Positions 31,597 through 41,025 of a DNA stretch of 64,000 nt are shown piece by piece. The stretch is taken from positions 736,001 through 800,000 of the forward strand of contig CBDCUI010000007.1 in NCBI GenBank assembly GCA_965222615.1, given 5' to 3'. Below the pieces are notes generated by a model, which worked only from the letters and a program-made list of their open reading frames with translations, ran no database searches and was not told the origin of the DNA. The first letter of the stretch is position 1, and the number at the start of each line of letters is the position of its first letter. Source of the stretch: Gammaproteobacteria bacterium (GTDB lineage: Bacteria > Pseudomonadota > Gammaproteobacteria > UBA4575). The position numbers and the translations under genes are program-made.

Positions 31597-32937
31597 GGCT
31601 TTACGTCTGCGTATGCCAATGAACACACCCGCTAACAATACGCCAAGTGGCACGATCAATAAATAAGTACTGGCTAAACTGGCAATAGCAACATTACTAA
31701 ATTCTATCGAACTATCCGGAGCTCGATACGGGAGTAGAGATATGCGTTGGTCATCATGTACTAACCACTGTAATACACTTACACTTAGTGTTAGATTTTC
31801 ACCGTTACCGATATAACCATTCGCCATAAAATCACTGTCACCAATAATGACAATGCGTTGTGCTTCGTTGTTGGCAATTTTGCGCGTCAGTGCTGCTGCC
31901 ATTAATAATGGACCTGCAGTATCACCATCCTCGGTATTAAATACTGCATCAGCGTTTGATAGTGGTTTGGTTTCTGACCAGGCACGTGGTAGCGAATAAA
32001 ATAATGGCTGCATTTGAAACTTAGACTGTGTGGCGAACTCAAGCCCTACGGCAAAGGGGTAAAGAGTTTGATTGGTTAAGGCTTCAGTAATCGTGTGTGG
32101 TTGATATTCTATTACCGGTACTACAGCAGGGTGTTGAATGCCAAGGATAGAACGCAGTTGCTGATTGGCATCAATAATAGTGCCTTTGACCCATTGAACA
32201 CCAAGTTCTTGTGCGAGAGCATCTAATAGATCACGGTTGTTTGGTTCGTGCAACCAAAGTAAATTCCCCCCATTTTCTACGTATTCAATGATTACTTCTT
32301 CTTCGCCTTGCAATAAATCCGCTTGTGGCGCGGCGATAACGAGTACGGATATATTGTTTGGTAGGGTAGTAGTTTGCAGTAAATTAATATCTTGTGTTTG
32401 TATGCCGCTGGTATCCAGAGTTTTCATTAAAGTACTGTAACCCTGGTTGTCTTCGTTAAAGATATCACGTTCACCATGTCCGGATAAAAAAATCACCCAA
32501 GGTTTAGAGGTGCGCGTTAGTCTTTGTAGTGAATTGGTGATTTCACGTTCCGAGATGAGATCAACGATTTCAAAACGATCCTGATAATCCAGACGTAGCT
32601 GACCATGATTATTAAGATGTAGCTCTTTTGCCTGTGGTAATTGTTTATCGGTGTCTAAAAAAATGACTTCGATATCTGCTTTGTGGCGTTGATATTTTTC
32701 AATAGTATTACGTAGTTTACGCCGTTCACTTGCCGCTTTGTTTGCCAGCACAGTTATGCGCAACGGTTCGTTAACTTGTCTTAAAATTTCACGGCTAGTG
32801 TTACTAAGGGTATTGCGATTATCTCGGGACCAATCAAATACTAAGTGATACTTCTGGGTTAACCAGGCAGCCATGGCGATTAGTGAAATAAACGCCAATA
32901 TGCTTATCCATTTCATTAGTTGCGGTTTGCTACGCAT
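31594..32937 (-). CDS. GldG-family ABC transporter auxiliary protein
   Basis: DWS..RNTLS, FLSGHGE, IIGDSDF; N- and C-terminal TM helices. Confidence 0.88.
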   Translation of the reverse strand: MRSKPQLMKWISILAFISLIAMAAWLTQKYHLVFDWSRDNRNTLSNTSREILRQVNEPLRITVLANKAASERRKLRNTIEKYQRHKADIEVIFLDTDKQLPQAKELHLNNHGQLRLDYQDRFEIVDLISEREITNSLQRLTRTSKPWVIFLSGHGERDIFNEDNQGYSTLMKTLDTSGIQTQDINLLQTTTLPNNISVLVIAAPQADLLQGEEEVIIEYVENGGNLLWLHEPNNRDLLDALAQELGVQWVKGTIIDANQQLRSILGIQHPAVVPVIEYQPHTITEALTNQTLYPFAVGLEFATQSKFQMQPLFYSLPRAWSETKPLSNADAVFNTEDGDTAGPLLMAAALTRKIANNEAQRIVIIGDSDFMANGYIGNGENLTLSVSVLQWLVHDDQRISLLPYRAPDSSIEFSNVAIASLASTYLLIVPLGVLLAGVFIGIRRRKA

Positions 32938-32958
32938 TCTGTAAACAATTTTAATAAG

Positions 32959-33711
32959 TTAAAGTGAACGTCTATAAGTAAGGTTCCAGATAGATAGGCC
33001 TAAAAACAAAATCGTGAACAAAATGAAATAACTGATATGAGTTGTATCGATTGAGCCTGATAAACTACTAAATAAATGAGTATAGCTAGATAGGTACAAA
33101 AATAATTCGCTACTGCTAGCAGTAGCAGAACCTGACATGTAAAGTAAAAAAAGACCTAACAATAAAGCTAGAATTGTACTAGTAGCAATAATAGGTGTGC
33201 GCGTTAAATTCGCGAGAAATAATGCGGCCGCGCACAATGAACTCAAGAATAAGAAAACCCCTACACAAGCAGCAGCAATTTTACCGTAATCTATGGGAGT
33301 AAAATAACCGAGTACGAGTACATAACTGCTGCAAACCAAAATAAATATCAATGCCAGAATGGCTAATACCGAAAATTTGCTCAATACAATTTGCACTATG
33401 CTTAATGGTGCACTGGTTAATAGTAAATTCGCACCTTGTTGACGTTCTTCTGTACAACTGCGCACAGCAAATAGTGGAATGATTAAGCTACCGACGATTG
33501 CCACCCAAAACAAATAGGGTGCGATAACTAAATCAGTTAAACCGGGTGCTTGTTCTAATCCAACTAGCTTGGTTTGAATTTCGCTATAAAAATTACTTAG
33601 TAAAAATAGTAGTAATAAGCCCAGTACAAATAATGCCAAACCAAACAATATCCAGGCAATGGGCGAATACCATACGCGCTTGAGCTCATTGTGTATGATA
33701 GCAAGACTCAT
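32959..33711 (-). CDS. ABC-2 permease (GldF-like)
   Basis: ELKRVWYSPIAW, EERQQG..LLTSAP; multiple TM helices. Confidence 0.88.
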   Translation of the reverse strand: MSLAIIHNELKRVWYSPIAWILFGLALFVLGLLLLFLLSNFYSEIQTKLVGLEQAPGLTDLVIAPYLFWVAIVGSLIIPLFAVRSCTEERQQGANLLLTSAPLSIVQIVLSKFSVLAILALIFILVCSSYVLVLGYFTPIDYGKIAAACVGVFLFLSSLCAAALFLANLTRTPIIATSTILALLLGLFLLYMSGSATASSSELFLYLSSYTHLFSSLSGSIDTTHISYFILFTILFLGLSIWNLTYRRSL

Positions 33712-33717
33712 TGTTAG

Positions 33718-34650
33718 TTATTGCATCGTTGCATCACGTACCACAAGATCTAAAAACACATTTTCTAAAGAACTGGCAATAGGCGAAATTTCATAAAGTT
33801 GCCAGTTGTTTTGCAAGGCCAATGATTGTACTTGTTGAATAAAGTCAGCATCGTTATAACGACATATGTAATTACCGTATTGTGAACAACTCACGGATTC
33901 ACAACCGGCAATAGCATTCAACTCTTCTATACTGGGGTTAGCGTTAAAGCGTAATTTAATGCGTTTACCGGAGCTTTTGTTTAGCTCTTGCAAACTTTGA
34001 TCGAGTAGCAATGTTCCTTGGTCAATAATCATCACACGATCGCAAGTTGACTCCGCCTCTGCCAACATATGAGTGGATAATAAAACACTGTGATTACTGG
34101 ACAGTTCACTAAGCAAAGCACGAATATCTTGCATCTGCACTGGATCAAGACCAATGGTGGGCTCATCTAAAATTACTAATGCAGGCTTATGAATGATGGC
34201 TTGTGCAATGCCGACACGTTGTTTAAAACCTTTTGATAAATCAGCAATAAGCTTATTGCGCACGGCAGTTAAACTGCAAACTGCTATGCTATGGTCAACA
34301 GTTTGCTTGACTTGGCTAGCGGTAATACCATGGATACGAGCTGCGAACTGTATATATTCTTGTACAGTTAATTCACGATACAGTGGCGGGATATCTGGTA
34401 AATAGCCTAGATTAAATTTTGCTTGTTTAGGTCGAATAGAAATATCTTGATCGCAGATTTTTACTGTGCCAGTGTCAGGTTTTATGTTGCCGCTGATAGC
34501 GTTTAAAGTTGTTGATTTACCTGCTCCATTGGTGCCTAACAATGCGACTACTTCACCGCGGTGAATTTCAAAATTAACATCATGAATAGCCTTTTTGCCA
34601 TCATAGCCATAGCTGAGATTTTGTACCGATAACAATGTTTCTTGAGTCAT
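33718..34650 (-). CDS. ABC transporter ATP-binding protein (GldA-like)
   Basis: GTNGAGKST, LSKGFKQRVG, LDEPTIGLDP. Confidence 0.92.
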   Translation of the reverse strand: MTQETLLSVQNLSYGYDGKKAIHDVNFEIHRGEVVALLGTNGAGKSTTLNAISGNIKPDTGTVKICDQDISIRPKQAKFNLGYLPDIPPLYRELTVQEYIQFAARIHGITASQVKQTVDHSIAVCSLTAVRNKLIADLSKGFKQRVGIAQAIIHKPALVILDEPTIGLDPVQMQDIRALLSELSSNHSVLLSTHMLAEAESTCDRVMIIDQGTLLLDQSLQELNKSSGKRIKLRFNANPSIEELNAIAGCESVSCSQYGNYICRYNDADFIQQVQSLALQNNWQLYEISPIASSLENVFLDLVVRDATMQ

Positions 34651-34678
34651 AAACTAAATCATTTCGCTAGTACATAGT

Positions 34679-36640
34679 ATGCATATTCTAGGTGTAGATA
34701 CTGGAGGAACTTTTACCGATCTCGTCTATTTTGACGGACAACACTTGTTGACACATAAAGAATTATCAACGCCTGATGCACCAGAGCGTGCCATTCTTAA
34801 AGGCATTACGGCGTTGGGTGTGAATACTAAAGATTTGCATATTGTACATGGTACTACAGTAGCTACGAATGCTCTGCTTGAAGGCAAAGGGGCACGTACA
34901 GTATTTATTACCAATCATGGTTTTAAAGATCTATTGTTAATCGGTCGACAAACGCGCCGAGAATTATACAACCTTACTCCTAAAAAACAGCGCTCATTGA
35001 TTGAGCCGCAGCTATGCTTGGAAACCGGAGGCAGGATCAATCCACAAGGCGATACGATTCAACCACTGTTACCCGAAGAATGTAAACAACTGATCGCAAA
35101 AATTGACCAACTACAACCTGAAGCAATTGCTATTTGCTTGTTGTTTGCCTTTGTTGATGCCAGTTATGAACAAGCAATTAGAAAATTATTTTCCGAGCAA
35201 TACTTTGTATCTATTTCATCAGAAGTATTGGCTGAACATCGTGAATATGAACGCGGTTTGGCTACTTGGTTAAACAGTTATCTTGGTCCGGTAATGCACA
35301 ACTATCTTTCTAGCTTAGGTAAACAACTACCAAATTCAAGTATTTCAGTGATGCAGAGTCATGGCCTAACACTGAATGCGGCTGCGGCGCAACGCAATGC
35401 GGTGCGTCTGTTGTTATCGGGTCCCGCAGGAGGGTTGTGGGCGAGTCTACATGCAGGTGAGGCGATCGATCACACACAATTGCTTACTTTTGATATGGGC
35501 GGGACTTCTACAGATGTATCTATTATTAATCATGGCTTTAATTTAACCAATCAAGGCGAAGTGGCAGCCTTACCGATTGCCGTACCGATGTTAGATATTC
35601 ATACCATCGGTGCGGGTGGTGGTTCAATTGCCTGGATAGATGAAGGTGGCTTACTGCAAGTTGGGCCTGATTCTGCGGGCGCAGCACCTGGTCCTGCATG
35701 TTATGGACAAGGTGGTGAACAAGCCACGGTAACCGATGCGCATGTGGTGTTAGGGCGATTGCCTGCAACTAGCAAATTGGCAGGGAATTTGTCACTCGAT
35801 CGCGATGCGGCCTATGCGGCGATCGCTAAACTTGCCAAACGTCTGCAACTAGATGTACATGCTTGTGTACAGGGTATTGTGCGCGTAGCCAATGAACAAA
35901 TGGCACAAGCATTGCGCGTAATGTCGGTACATCGTGGTTACGACCCAAACCAGTTCACCTTGGTGAGTTTCGGTGGTGCAGGTGGATTACATGTATGTGA
36001 TTTAGCCGATGCACTTAATATTAAATACGCGTTAGTTCCAGCCTATGCAGGCGTATTATCTGCTTTTGGCTTGTTGATCGCACCGCCAGGAAAAGAAATA
36101 TCACAAAGCCACATCAAATTAGTTAGTGAATGTAGTGATGCAGAAATAAATAAATTATTTTTGCAACTTGAAGAAAAAATTTCTCGCGATTTACATTCAG
36201 AAAAAAATGTAAGTTTCTCCATCAAACGAGAAATTGAATTGCGTTATCAAGGTCAAGCCGCAACATTAAAATTATTATGGCAGGATCTGCATCAAGCCAC
36301 CCAAAAATTTCATACTAAACATGAAAGCCGTTTTGGTCATCATTTACGTATACCAGTCGAAGTCGTAAATTTACGTCTGACCGCTAGTGGCGAAAGCCAT
36401 AAAATTTCACTTAGTCAAGAATCATCGACGGCACCTTCGTTACCACATGAACACACTTGGTTAGCCGAATTAAATACCGAAGTGCCGGTGTATGAACGTG
36501 AAAATATTGAACAAAAACAAGAACTTTTAGGGCCATCAATCATTATTGAGCGGCAGGCTACAGTTTATGTAAGTCCTCATTGGCGAGTAACCGCCCAGGC
36601 TTCAGGAGGCCTATTATTGGAGCGAATGGATAAAAAGTGA
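34679..36640 (+). CDS. Hydantoinase/5-oxoprolinase subunit A family
   Basis: GVDTGGTFTD, HGTTVATNA, DMGGTSTD, SAGAAPGPACY. Confidence 0.93.
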   Translation: MHILGVDTGGTFTDLVYFDGQHLLTHKELSTPDAPERAILKGITALGVNTKDLHIVHGTTVATNALLEGKGARTVFITNHGFKDLLLIGRQTRRELYNLTPKKQRSLIEPQLCLETGGRINPQGDTIQPLLPEECKQLIAKIDQLQPEAIAICLLFAFVDASYEQAIRKLFSEQYFVSISSEVLAEHREYERGLATWLNSYLGPVMHNYLSSLGKQLPNSSISVMQSHGLTLNAAAAQRNAVRLLLSGPAGGLWASLHAGEAIDHTQLLTFDMGGTSTDVSIINHGFNLTNQGEVAALPIAVPMLDIHTIGAGGGSIAWIDEGGLLQVGPDSAGAAPGPACYGQGGEQATVTDAHVVLGRLPATSKLAGNLSLDRDAAYAAIAKLAKRLQLDVHACVQGIVRVANEQMAQALRVMSVHRGYDPNQFTLVSFGGAGGLHVCDLADALNIKYALVPAYAGVLSAFGLLIAPPGKEISQSHIKLVSECSDAEINKLFLQLEEKISRDLHSEKNVSFSIKREIELRYQGQAATLKLLWQDLHQATQKFHTKHESRFGHHLRIPVEVVNLRLTASGESHKISLSQESSTAPSLPHEHTWLAELNTEVPVYERENIEQKQELLGPSIIIERQATVYVSPHWRVTAQASGGLLLERMDKK

Positions 36641-36774
36641 GCAGGTGTCTATAAGAGCACGCCGGTTATCATTACTAGCTTGCTTACACCCACTAGCAAC
36701 ACGTATGATTTACCTGCTTATGGATTAAGCAGTTTTTCATAAAAAAATAATAATAATTAACTAGGATCAACTAT

Positions 36775-37959
36775 ATGCTTAATGGATTAATTACTCTTCC
36801 TTGGTGGGGCTACCTTGTAATCACATTAATTCTCACCCACATAACGATCATATCCGTAACCCTATATTTACACCGCTGTCAGGCACACTGTGCCTTAGAC
36901 CTGCATCCAATCGTGGCACATTTTTTTCGTTTTTGGTTATGGTTAACTACGGGCATGGTGACCAAAGAGTGGGTTGCTATTCATCGTAAACATCATGCAA
37001 AAACTGAAACTGCAGATGATCCACATAGTCCATATACCAAAGGAATTAGCAAGGTATTTTGGCAGGGTGCTGAACTATATCGCGAGGAAGCCAAAAATCA
37101 ACAAACTCTAGATAACTATGGTCACGGTACACCGAATGATTGGATTGAGCGTAACTTTTACTCACGTTTTAGTAATAACGGTATCGCATTAATTTTTGTT
37201 ATCAATTTAATTGTATTCGGACCACTTGGCTTAACTATTTGGGCGGTGCAAATGATGTGGATTCCATTATTTGCAGCGGGGGTGGTTAATGGCATCGGTC
37301 ATTACTGGGGTTACCGTAATTTTGAAAGTGAAGATGGTTCAACCAATATTGTAAATCTTGGCATAATTATTGGCGGTGAAGAATTACATAATAATCATCA
37401 TGCCTATCCAAGCTCGGCCAAGTTTTCCAGCAAATGGTGGGAGTTTGATTTAGGTTGGTTGTATATCCAATTACTTGCTTATTTGCATTTGGCAAAAGTA
37501 CGCCGACGTGCACCTCAGCCAACTCGGCTACTTAATAAAGATATGGTAGATCTTGAAACCGCTAAGGCAATTATCTCAAGTAAATTGCACGTAATGGCAG
37601 ATTACGCACAGCGAGTCACGCTACCGACATTTAAAACTGAATTTCCTACTATCAATGATGGCCGCTATCAAAAAATTATGCACCAAATGCGCAAAGCATT
37701 GGTGTGTGAAGATAGCCGTCTTAAACCTTTACATCGAGAGTATTTGCAAGAACTTTTGCAAAATAATGAAACGATGCACACGGTCTATGAGTTTCGCCGT
37801 AAATTGCAAGAACTATGGAGTGAGACTTATGCTAGTCACGAACGCTTAATTCAAGCGATTATTCAATGGTGTAAAGAAGCAGAAGAAACTGGTATTAAAG
37901 TGTTGCAAGATTTTGCGCAGAGTTTACGTGGTTACGCATTACAACCTGCCACGGTCTAA
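36775..37959 (+). CDS. desA: Delta-9 fatty acid (acyl-CoA) desaturase
   Basis: His boxes HRCQAH, HRKHH, HNNHH. Confidence 0.92.
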   Translation: MLNGLITLPWWGYLVITLILTHITIISVTLYLHRCQAHCALDLHPIVAHFFRFWLWLTTGMVTKEWVAIHRKHHAKTETADDPHSPYTKGISKVFWQGAELYREEAKNQQTLDNYGHGTPNDWIERNFYSRFSNNGIALIFVINLIVFGPLGLTIWAVQMMWIPLFAAGVVNGIGHYWGYRNFESEDGSTNIVNLGIIIGGEELHNNHHAYPSSAKFSSKWWEFDLGWLYIQLLAYLHLAKVRRRAPQPTRLLNKDMVDLETAKAIISSKLHVMADYAQRVTLPTFKTEFPTINDGRYQKIMHQMRKALVCEDSRLKPLHREYLQELLQNNETMHTVYEFRRKLQELWSETYASHERLIQAIIQWCKEAEETGIKVLQDFAQSLRGYALQPATV

Positions 37960-37978
37960 ATAATTTTTTTAACTAAGG

Positions 37979-38018
37979 CAAGAAATGAACGTTCAGTTCG
38001 TTCATTAATTTTCATCAG
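37979..38018 (+). repeat. 40-bp inverted repeat, left arm
   Basis: 36/40 identical to the reverse complement of 40064-40103. Confidence 0.85.
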
Positions 38019-38024
38019 ATTTAC

Positions 38025-38229
38025 TTGTTCATTTTCTTTGCTTGTCCAAAGAAAACGAACCAAAAGAAAAGACACCCTACCAACTTGTCCTGCGGATTCG
38101 TTCACGACATCGAGTAACGTTGGCCGGCATGATGACGCCATCCAGGCGCAACATGCCTAAAGCAGCCATCCTTGGCTGTTTTACCTTCCGTTTCTTTCGA
38201 TGTCGCTCACCAAGTTGGATGGGAATTAT
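38025..38229 (+). repeat. Dispersed structured repeat element, copy 1
   Basis: Head TTCATTTTCTTTGCTTGTCCAAAGAAAACGAACCAAAAGAAAAG plus nested stems; homologous to 52598-52816 and the reverse complement of 54639-54889. Confidence 0.88.
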
Positions 38230-38352
38230 CCGAAAGGCATTATTAATAAACCCTCTGTAAAAACTTAGTGATCAAAAACCTGCTTAAACTTGATGACCTT
38301 CGAGAAGATAAAGTGTAAATAGAAAAACTATTTAAAGAAGTTAAACCCTACA

Positions 38353-38416
38353 AACTAACGCTATAATTAACAAAGCACGTTACTTTTGCGCGTCTGGATT
38401 TAGCGTCGTGTTAGGT
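38353..38416 (-). other. Degenerate integron attC site
   Basis: Minus strand ACCTAAC...imperfect palindrome...GTTAGTT, 64 nt, starting 4 nt after a cassette-like gene's stop codon. Confidence 0.65.
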
Positions 38417-38420
38417 GCTG

Positions 38421-38858
38421 TTATTTCCATCCTAGTTTTGTTTTTAGTCTATTAAGTAAATTTACTGGTGTATTACTGAGAATATAGAAAATATCTTCCA
38501 TATCGTATTTTAAAAGTTGGATCTCGTTTGTTATATTCACAAAACCCAAAAAATTATACGAGTATATTTCGTTATTATAAAGATAGAAACGTTCCCGTTC
38601 TTTGTTAAATTTCAAGTAGTATTTGTTTATCAATCTTACATTATGATTCCATCTTCTTACACTTTCAGCACTCTCATAGCCTTTTGTCTCAAGTACTTTT
38701 CCAGGAGCTATTTTTTCAATGAATTTTAGAATTTCATTTATAAATACTTCATCACGAAAGTAACAATATGTTTCCTGATCTACTATGAAATCAGTTCCCT
38801 CAAGCTCATCTAAAATAAGTTCTACCTTTTCTGGTTCTACCTGTACTACAATTTTCAT
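38421..38858 (-). CDS. Hypothetical protein (AT-rich, cassette-like)
   Basis: 145-aa ORF with very low GC, followed by an attC-like site. Confidence 0.7.
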   Translation of the reverse strand: MKIVVQVEPEKVELILDELEGTDFIVDQETYCYFRDEVFINEILKFIEKIAPGKVLETKGYESAESVRRWNHNVRLINKYYLKFNKERERFYLYNNEIYSYNFLGFVNITNEIQLLKYDMEDIFYILSNTPVNLLNRLKTKLGWK

Positions 38859-38885
38859 ATACTAAAAACGTTCATCCATAGTCTG

Positions 38886-39170
38886 TTAACAAACTCCTGA
38901 CCGAAATACGATGGCATACCATGCCGCAAAAGCAGAAATTACCGAGGCCAATCCAGAGAGTAAGGCGATCCACCACAGACGGAATTCTCGAATGCTTCGT
39001 GCCGCCTCCTGAATTCTTCGGATGAGTTCATCTTCTAAGTGTTTGTTTCCATCACCACTATAGGTCGAGAATAAACTACATCCCAATTCTTGCGCGAGCT
39101 TGCGTAATGCAACTTCACGTTCACTTTTATCTTTGGACATTATTCGCTTAATTTTTCGTTGCACGTTCAT
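38886..39170 (-). CDS. Hypothetical protein with C-terminal TM helix (cassette-like)
   Basis: 94-aa ORF; GAG-containing RBS; C-terminal hydrophobic helix. Confidence 0.7.
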   Translation of the reverse strand: MNVQRKIKRIMSKDKSEREVALRKLAQELGCSLFSTYSGDGNKHLEDELIRRIQEAARSIREFRLWWIALLSGLASVISAFAAWYAIVFRSGVC

Positions 39171-39184
39171 TTCTCATATCTCAC

Positions 39185-39263
39185 TGATAACGTTTAATGC
39201 CTAAATTCACTGGCGGAGTTGAAGCGCAGCATAATTTGCGTTCAATGTAGCACCTTGTCAACT
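39185..39263 (-). other. Degenerate integron attC site
   Basis: Minus strand AGTTGACAAGG...GCTGCGCTTC..CCGCCAGTGAA...GTTATCA; the R''-like box overlaps the gene's stop codon. Confidence 0.55.
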
Positions 39264-39773
39264 TACATCCCGTTCCCTAATCCTGGCTTGCGTCTTTTCC
39301 CACTCGTCCCGCATAAATGCTTCATCCACACCATGATTTTCCCAGAGTGGTAAATAGATTTCTTCCAGCTTCGGATCGACTGTTCTGAACAGATCGATCA
39401 ACTCAGCAAGCTCGTCGACCATGCTCCGCCGGCCAGACTGCGATATTGCATCCTCAGAGTGGTAATGAAAAAAGCTGTGGACCAGATAATTCCGCTTATC
39501 AAGAACTTTTTGCAACAATTCATCTAGGTTTTCAGGGATAATTGTAGTTTTTCGTGCTGCCTCAAGAAGTTGACCAAGCGTTTTTTTGTCGAACTCGTAG
39601 AAAATCTTCTCAAATGTGTCTCTAGTGAGAACGTTAACCGAAGGTAGCTGAAGCACTACGCCGAGATTAATCAAGCTTTGCTCAATCAAATTAGCCGAGT
39701 AGGCGGCAAGCCCGTAAAAAGCCCATACCTCTTTAGGGTCGTCATAGTTCGGTGTCGGTACTTCTATTGCCAT
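39258..39773 (-). CDS. Hypothetical protein (first cassette after attI-like site)
   Basis: 171-aa helical ORF with motifs TLGQL and RNYLVH; lies between attI-like and attC-like sites. Confidence 0.8.
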   Translation of the reverse strand: MAIEVPTPNYDDPKEVWAFYGLAAYSANLIEQSLINLGVVLQLPSVNVLTRDTFEKIFYEFDKKTLGQLLEAARKTTIIPENLDELLQKVLDKRNYLVHSFFHYHSEDAISQSGRRSMVDELAELIDLFRTVDPKLEEIYLPLWENHGVDEAFMRDEWEKTQARIRERDVS

Positions 39774-39809
39774 TGTCTAAGTTCCAAAACAGAAACCAGC
39801 TCGACAGCA

Positions 39810-39850
39810 AGCTAACATCTTAGTACATAGTAATTTTGCATTGTTATCAC
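39810..39850 (-). other. Putative integron attI-like site without adjacent intI
   Basis: Minus strand ...TACTATGTACTAAGAT-GTTAGCT (GTT core) 36 nt before the first cassette-like ATG. Confidence 0.45.
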
Positions 39851-39948
39851 AACTTATGAGATAAAATTGCCATGATCGTCTAAATTTCGCTTCATAGTGT
39901 GATATTCGCGCATTAGTACACTTTTATCACAACATCGAACTTTTAGGT

Positions 39949-39993
39949 AAAAAAACCCCTCTTAGGAATCACTCATCTGCCTTACTGAGAGGA
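39949..39993 (-). terminator. Possible intrinsic terminator downstream of rpmB-rpmG
   Basis: Minus strand CCTCTCAG...CTAAGAGG stem followed by T7. Confidence 0.4.
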
Positions 39994-40063
39994 AGACTTG
40001 GTTTACAAGCAAGGGTGTTTGCAGAGCTTCGATAAACGGGATGTAGATTTAGCATCCCATAAC

Positions 40064-40103
40064 CTGATGAAAATTAATAAATGAACTGAACGTTTACTTC
40101 TTG
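40064..40103 (-). repeat. 40-bp inverted repeat, right arm
   Basis: Reverse complement matches 37979-38018 at 36/40; begins 17 nt after the rpmG stop. Confidence 0.85.
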
Positions 40104-40119
40104 TGGTAATTGGGAAGAG

Positions 40120-40287
40120 CTACTTGATTTTGGCTTCTTTGTAGATCACGTGTTTACGCACAACCGGATCGTATTTTTTCATCTCTAATTTTTCGGTCAT
40201 GGTGCGTTTATTTTTACTGGTGGTGTAATAATGTCCAGTACCGGCACTGGAAACTAATTTGATTTTTTCGCGAACTGACTTTGCCAT
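40120..40287 (-). CDS. rpmG: 50S ribosomal protein L33
   Basis: Manual translation [55 protein letters not shown]. Confidence 0.97.
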   Translation of the reverse strand: MAKSVREKIKLVSSAGTGHYYTTSKNKRTMTEKLEMKKYDPVVRKHVIYKEAKIK

Positions 40288-40290
40288 TTG

Positions 40291-40536
40291 TTATGTTCTC
40301 TTAGATTTTGATTCGCGTTTGCGGATATCAGCCAAAACCTCGTCAATGCCTTTTTTGTCGATGATGCGCATGCCTTTGCTAGAAACCCGTAATTTTACCC
40401 ATCTGTTCTCACTTTCCACCCAAAAACGGTGAGTGTGGAGATTAGGCATAAAACGACGCCGTGTTTTATTATGGGCATGTGATACGTTATTGCCAGAAGC
40501 AGGGCGTTTTCCGGTAACTTGGCAGACGCGAGACAT
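40291..40536 (-). CDS. rpmB: 50S ribosomal protein L28
   Basis: [29 protein letters not shown]; true start at ATG 40536. Confidence 0.97.
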   Translation of the reverse strand: MSRVCQVTGKRPASGNNVSHAHNKTRRRFMPNLHTHRFWVESENRWVKLRVSSKGMRIIDKKGIDEVLADIRKRESKSKRT

Positions 40537-40666
40537 GGTTATTACCTCATAATCCGTTGAAACAGGGCGCGTGAAGATAGCAGAATCGCAAAATTGGCAC
40601 AAGCGTAGGCTAAGATAAGCGGCTAAATGGTCGGCAGTTTTCAAAATAACAGTAGAAATCACAAAA

Positions 40667-41023
40667 ATGGACACAATTTTTCTGCGTGATCTAGAGGTTG
40701 ATGCCACGATTGGTATCTTTGAGTGGGAAAAGCGTATTAAGCAAAAAGTGCGCATCGACCTGGAAATGGGGGCGGATATTGCTAAGGCCGCTGCCACAGA
40801 CGCCATTGAGGATACGCTGGATTACAAGGCTATTGCTAAGCGCGTGGTGCAATTTGTCGAAGACAGCCGTTATGAGCTAATCGAAACCCTGATCGAAAAA
40901 ATAGCCGAGATTTTGTTGCAAGAATTCGATATCCCCTGGGTACGCGTCACAGTAAGTAAGCCTGGTGCAGTACGTGGTTCTCGAGATGTCGGCATTACTA
41001 TCGAACGAGGGGTTCGCACATAG
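40667..41023 (+). CDS. folB: Dihydroneopterin aldolase
   Basis: IGIFEWE..IKQ, LDY, LIETL, VSKP. Confidence 0.96.
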   Translation: MDTIFLRDLEVDATIGIFEWEKRIKQKVRIDLEMGADIAKAAATDAIEDTLDYKAIAKRVVQFVEDSRYELIETLIEKIAEILLQEFDIPWVRVTVSKPGAVRGSRDVGITIERGVRT

Positions 41024-41025
41024 TC

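Noticed and set aside
31594-34650. GldA/F/G-like genes as evidence of Bacteroidetes-type gliding
   Set aside because: This ABC family is widespread in non-gliding proteobacteria and no other gld/spr genes are present.
38042-38260. 72-aa ORF, and the opposite-strand ORF 37956..38141
   Set aside because: Both lie in the structured repeat, whose other copies carry insertions and conserve pairing rather than codons.
40537-40806. N-terminal extension of the 171-aa ORF 40291..40806
   Set aside because: L28 starts at ATG 40536; the extension is antisense to folB.
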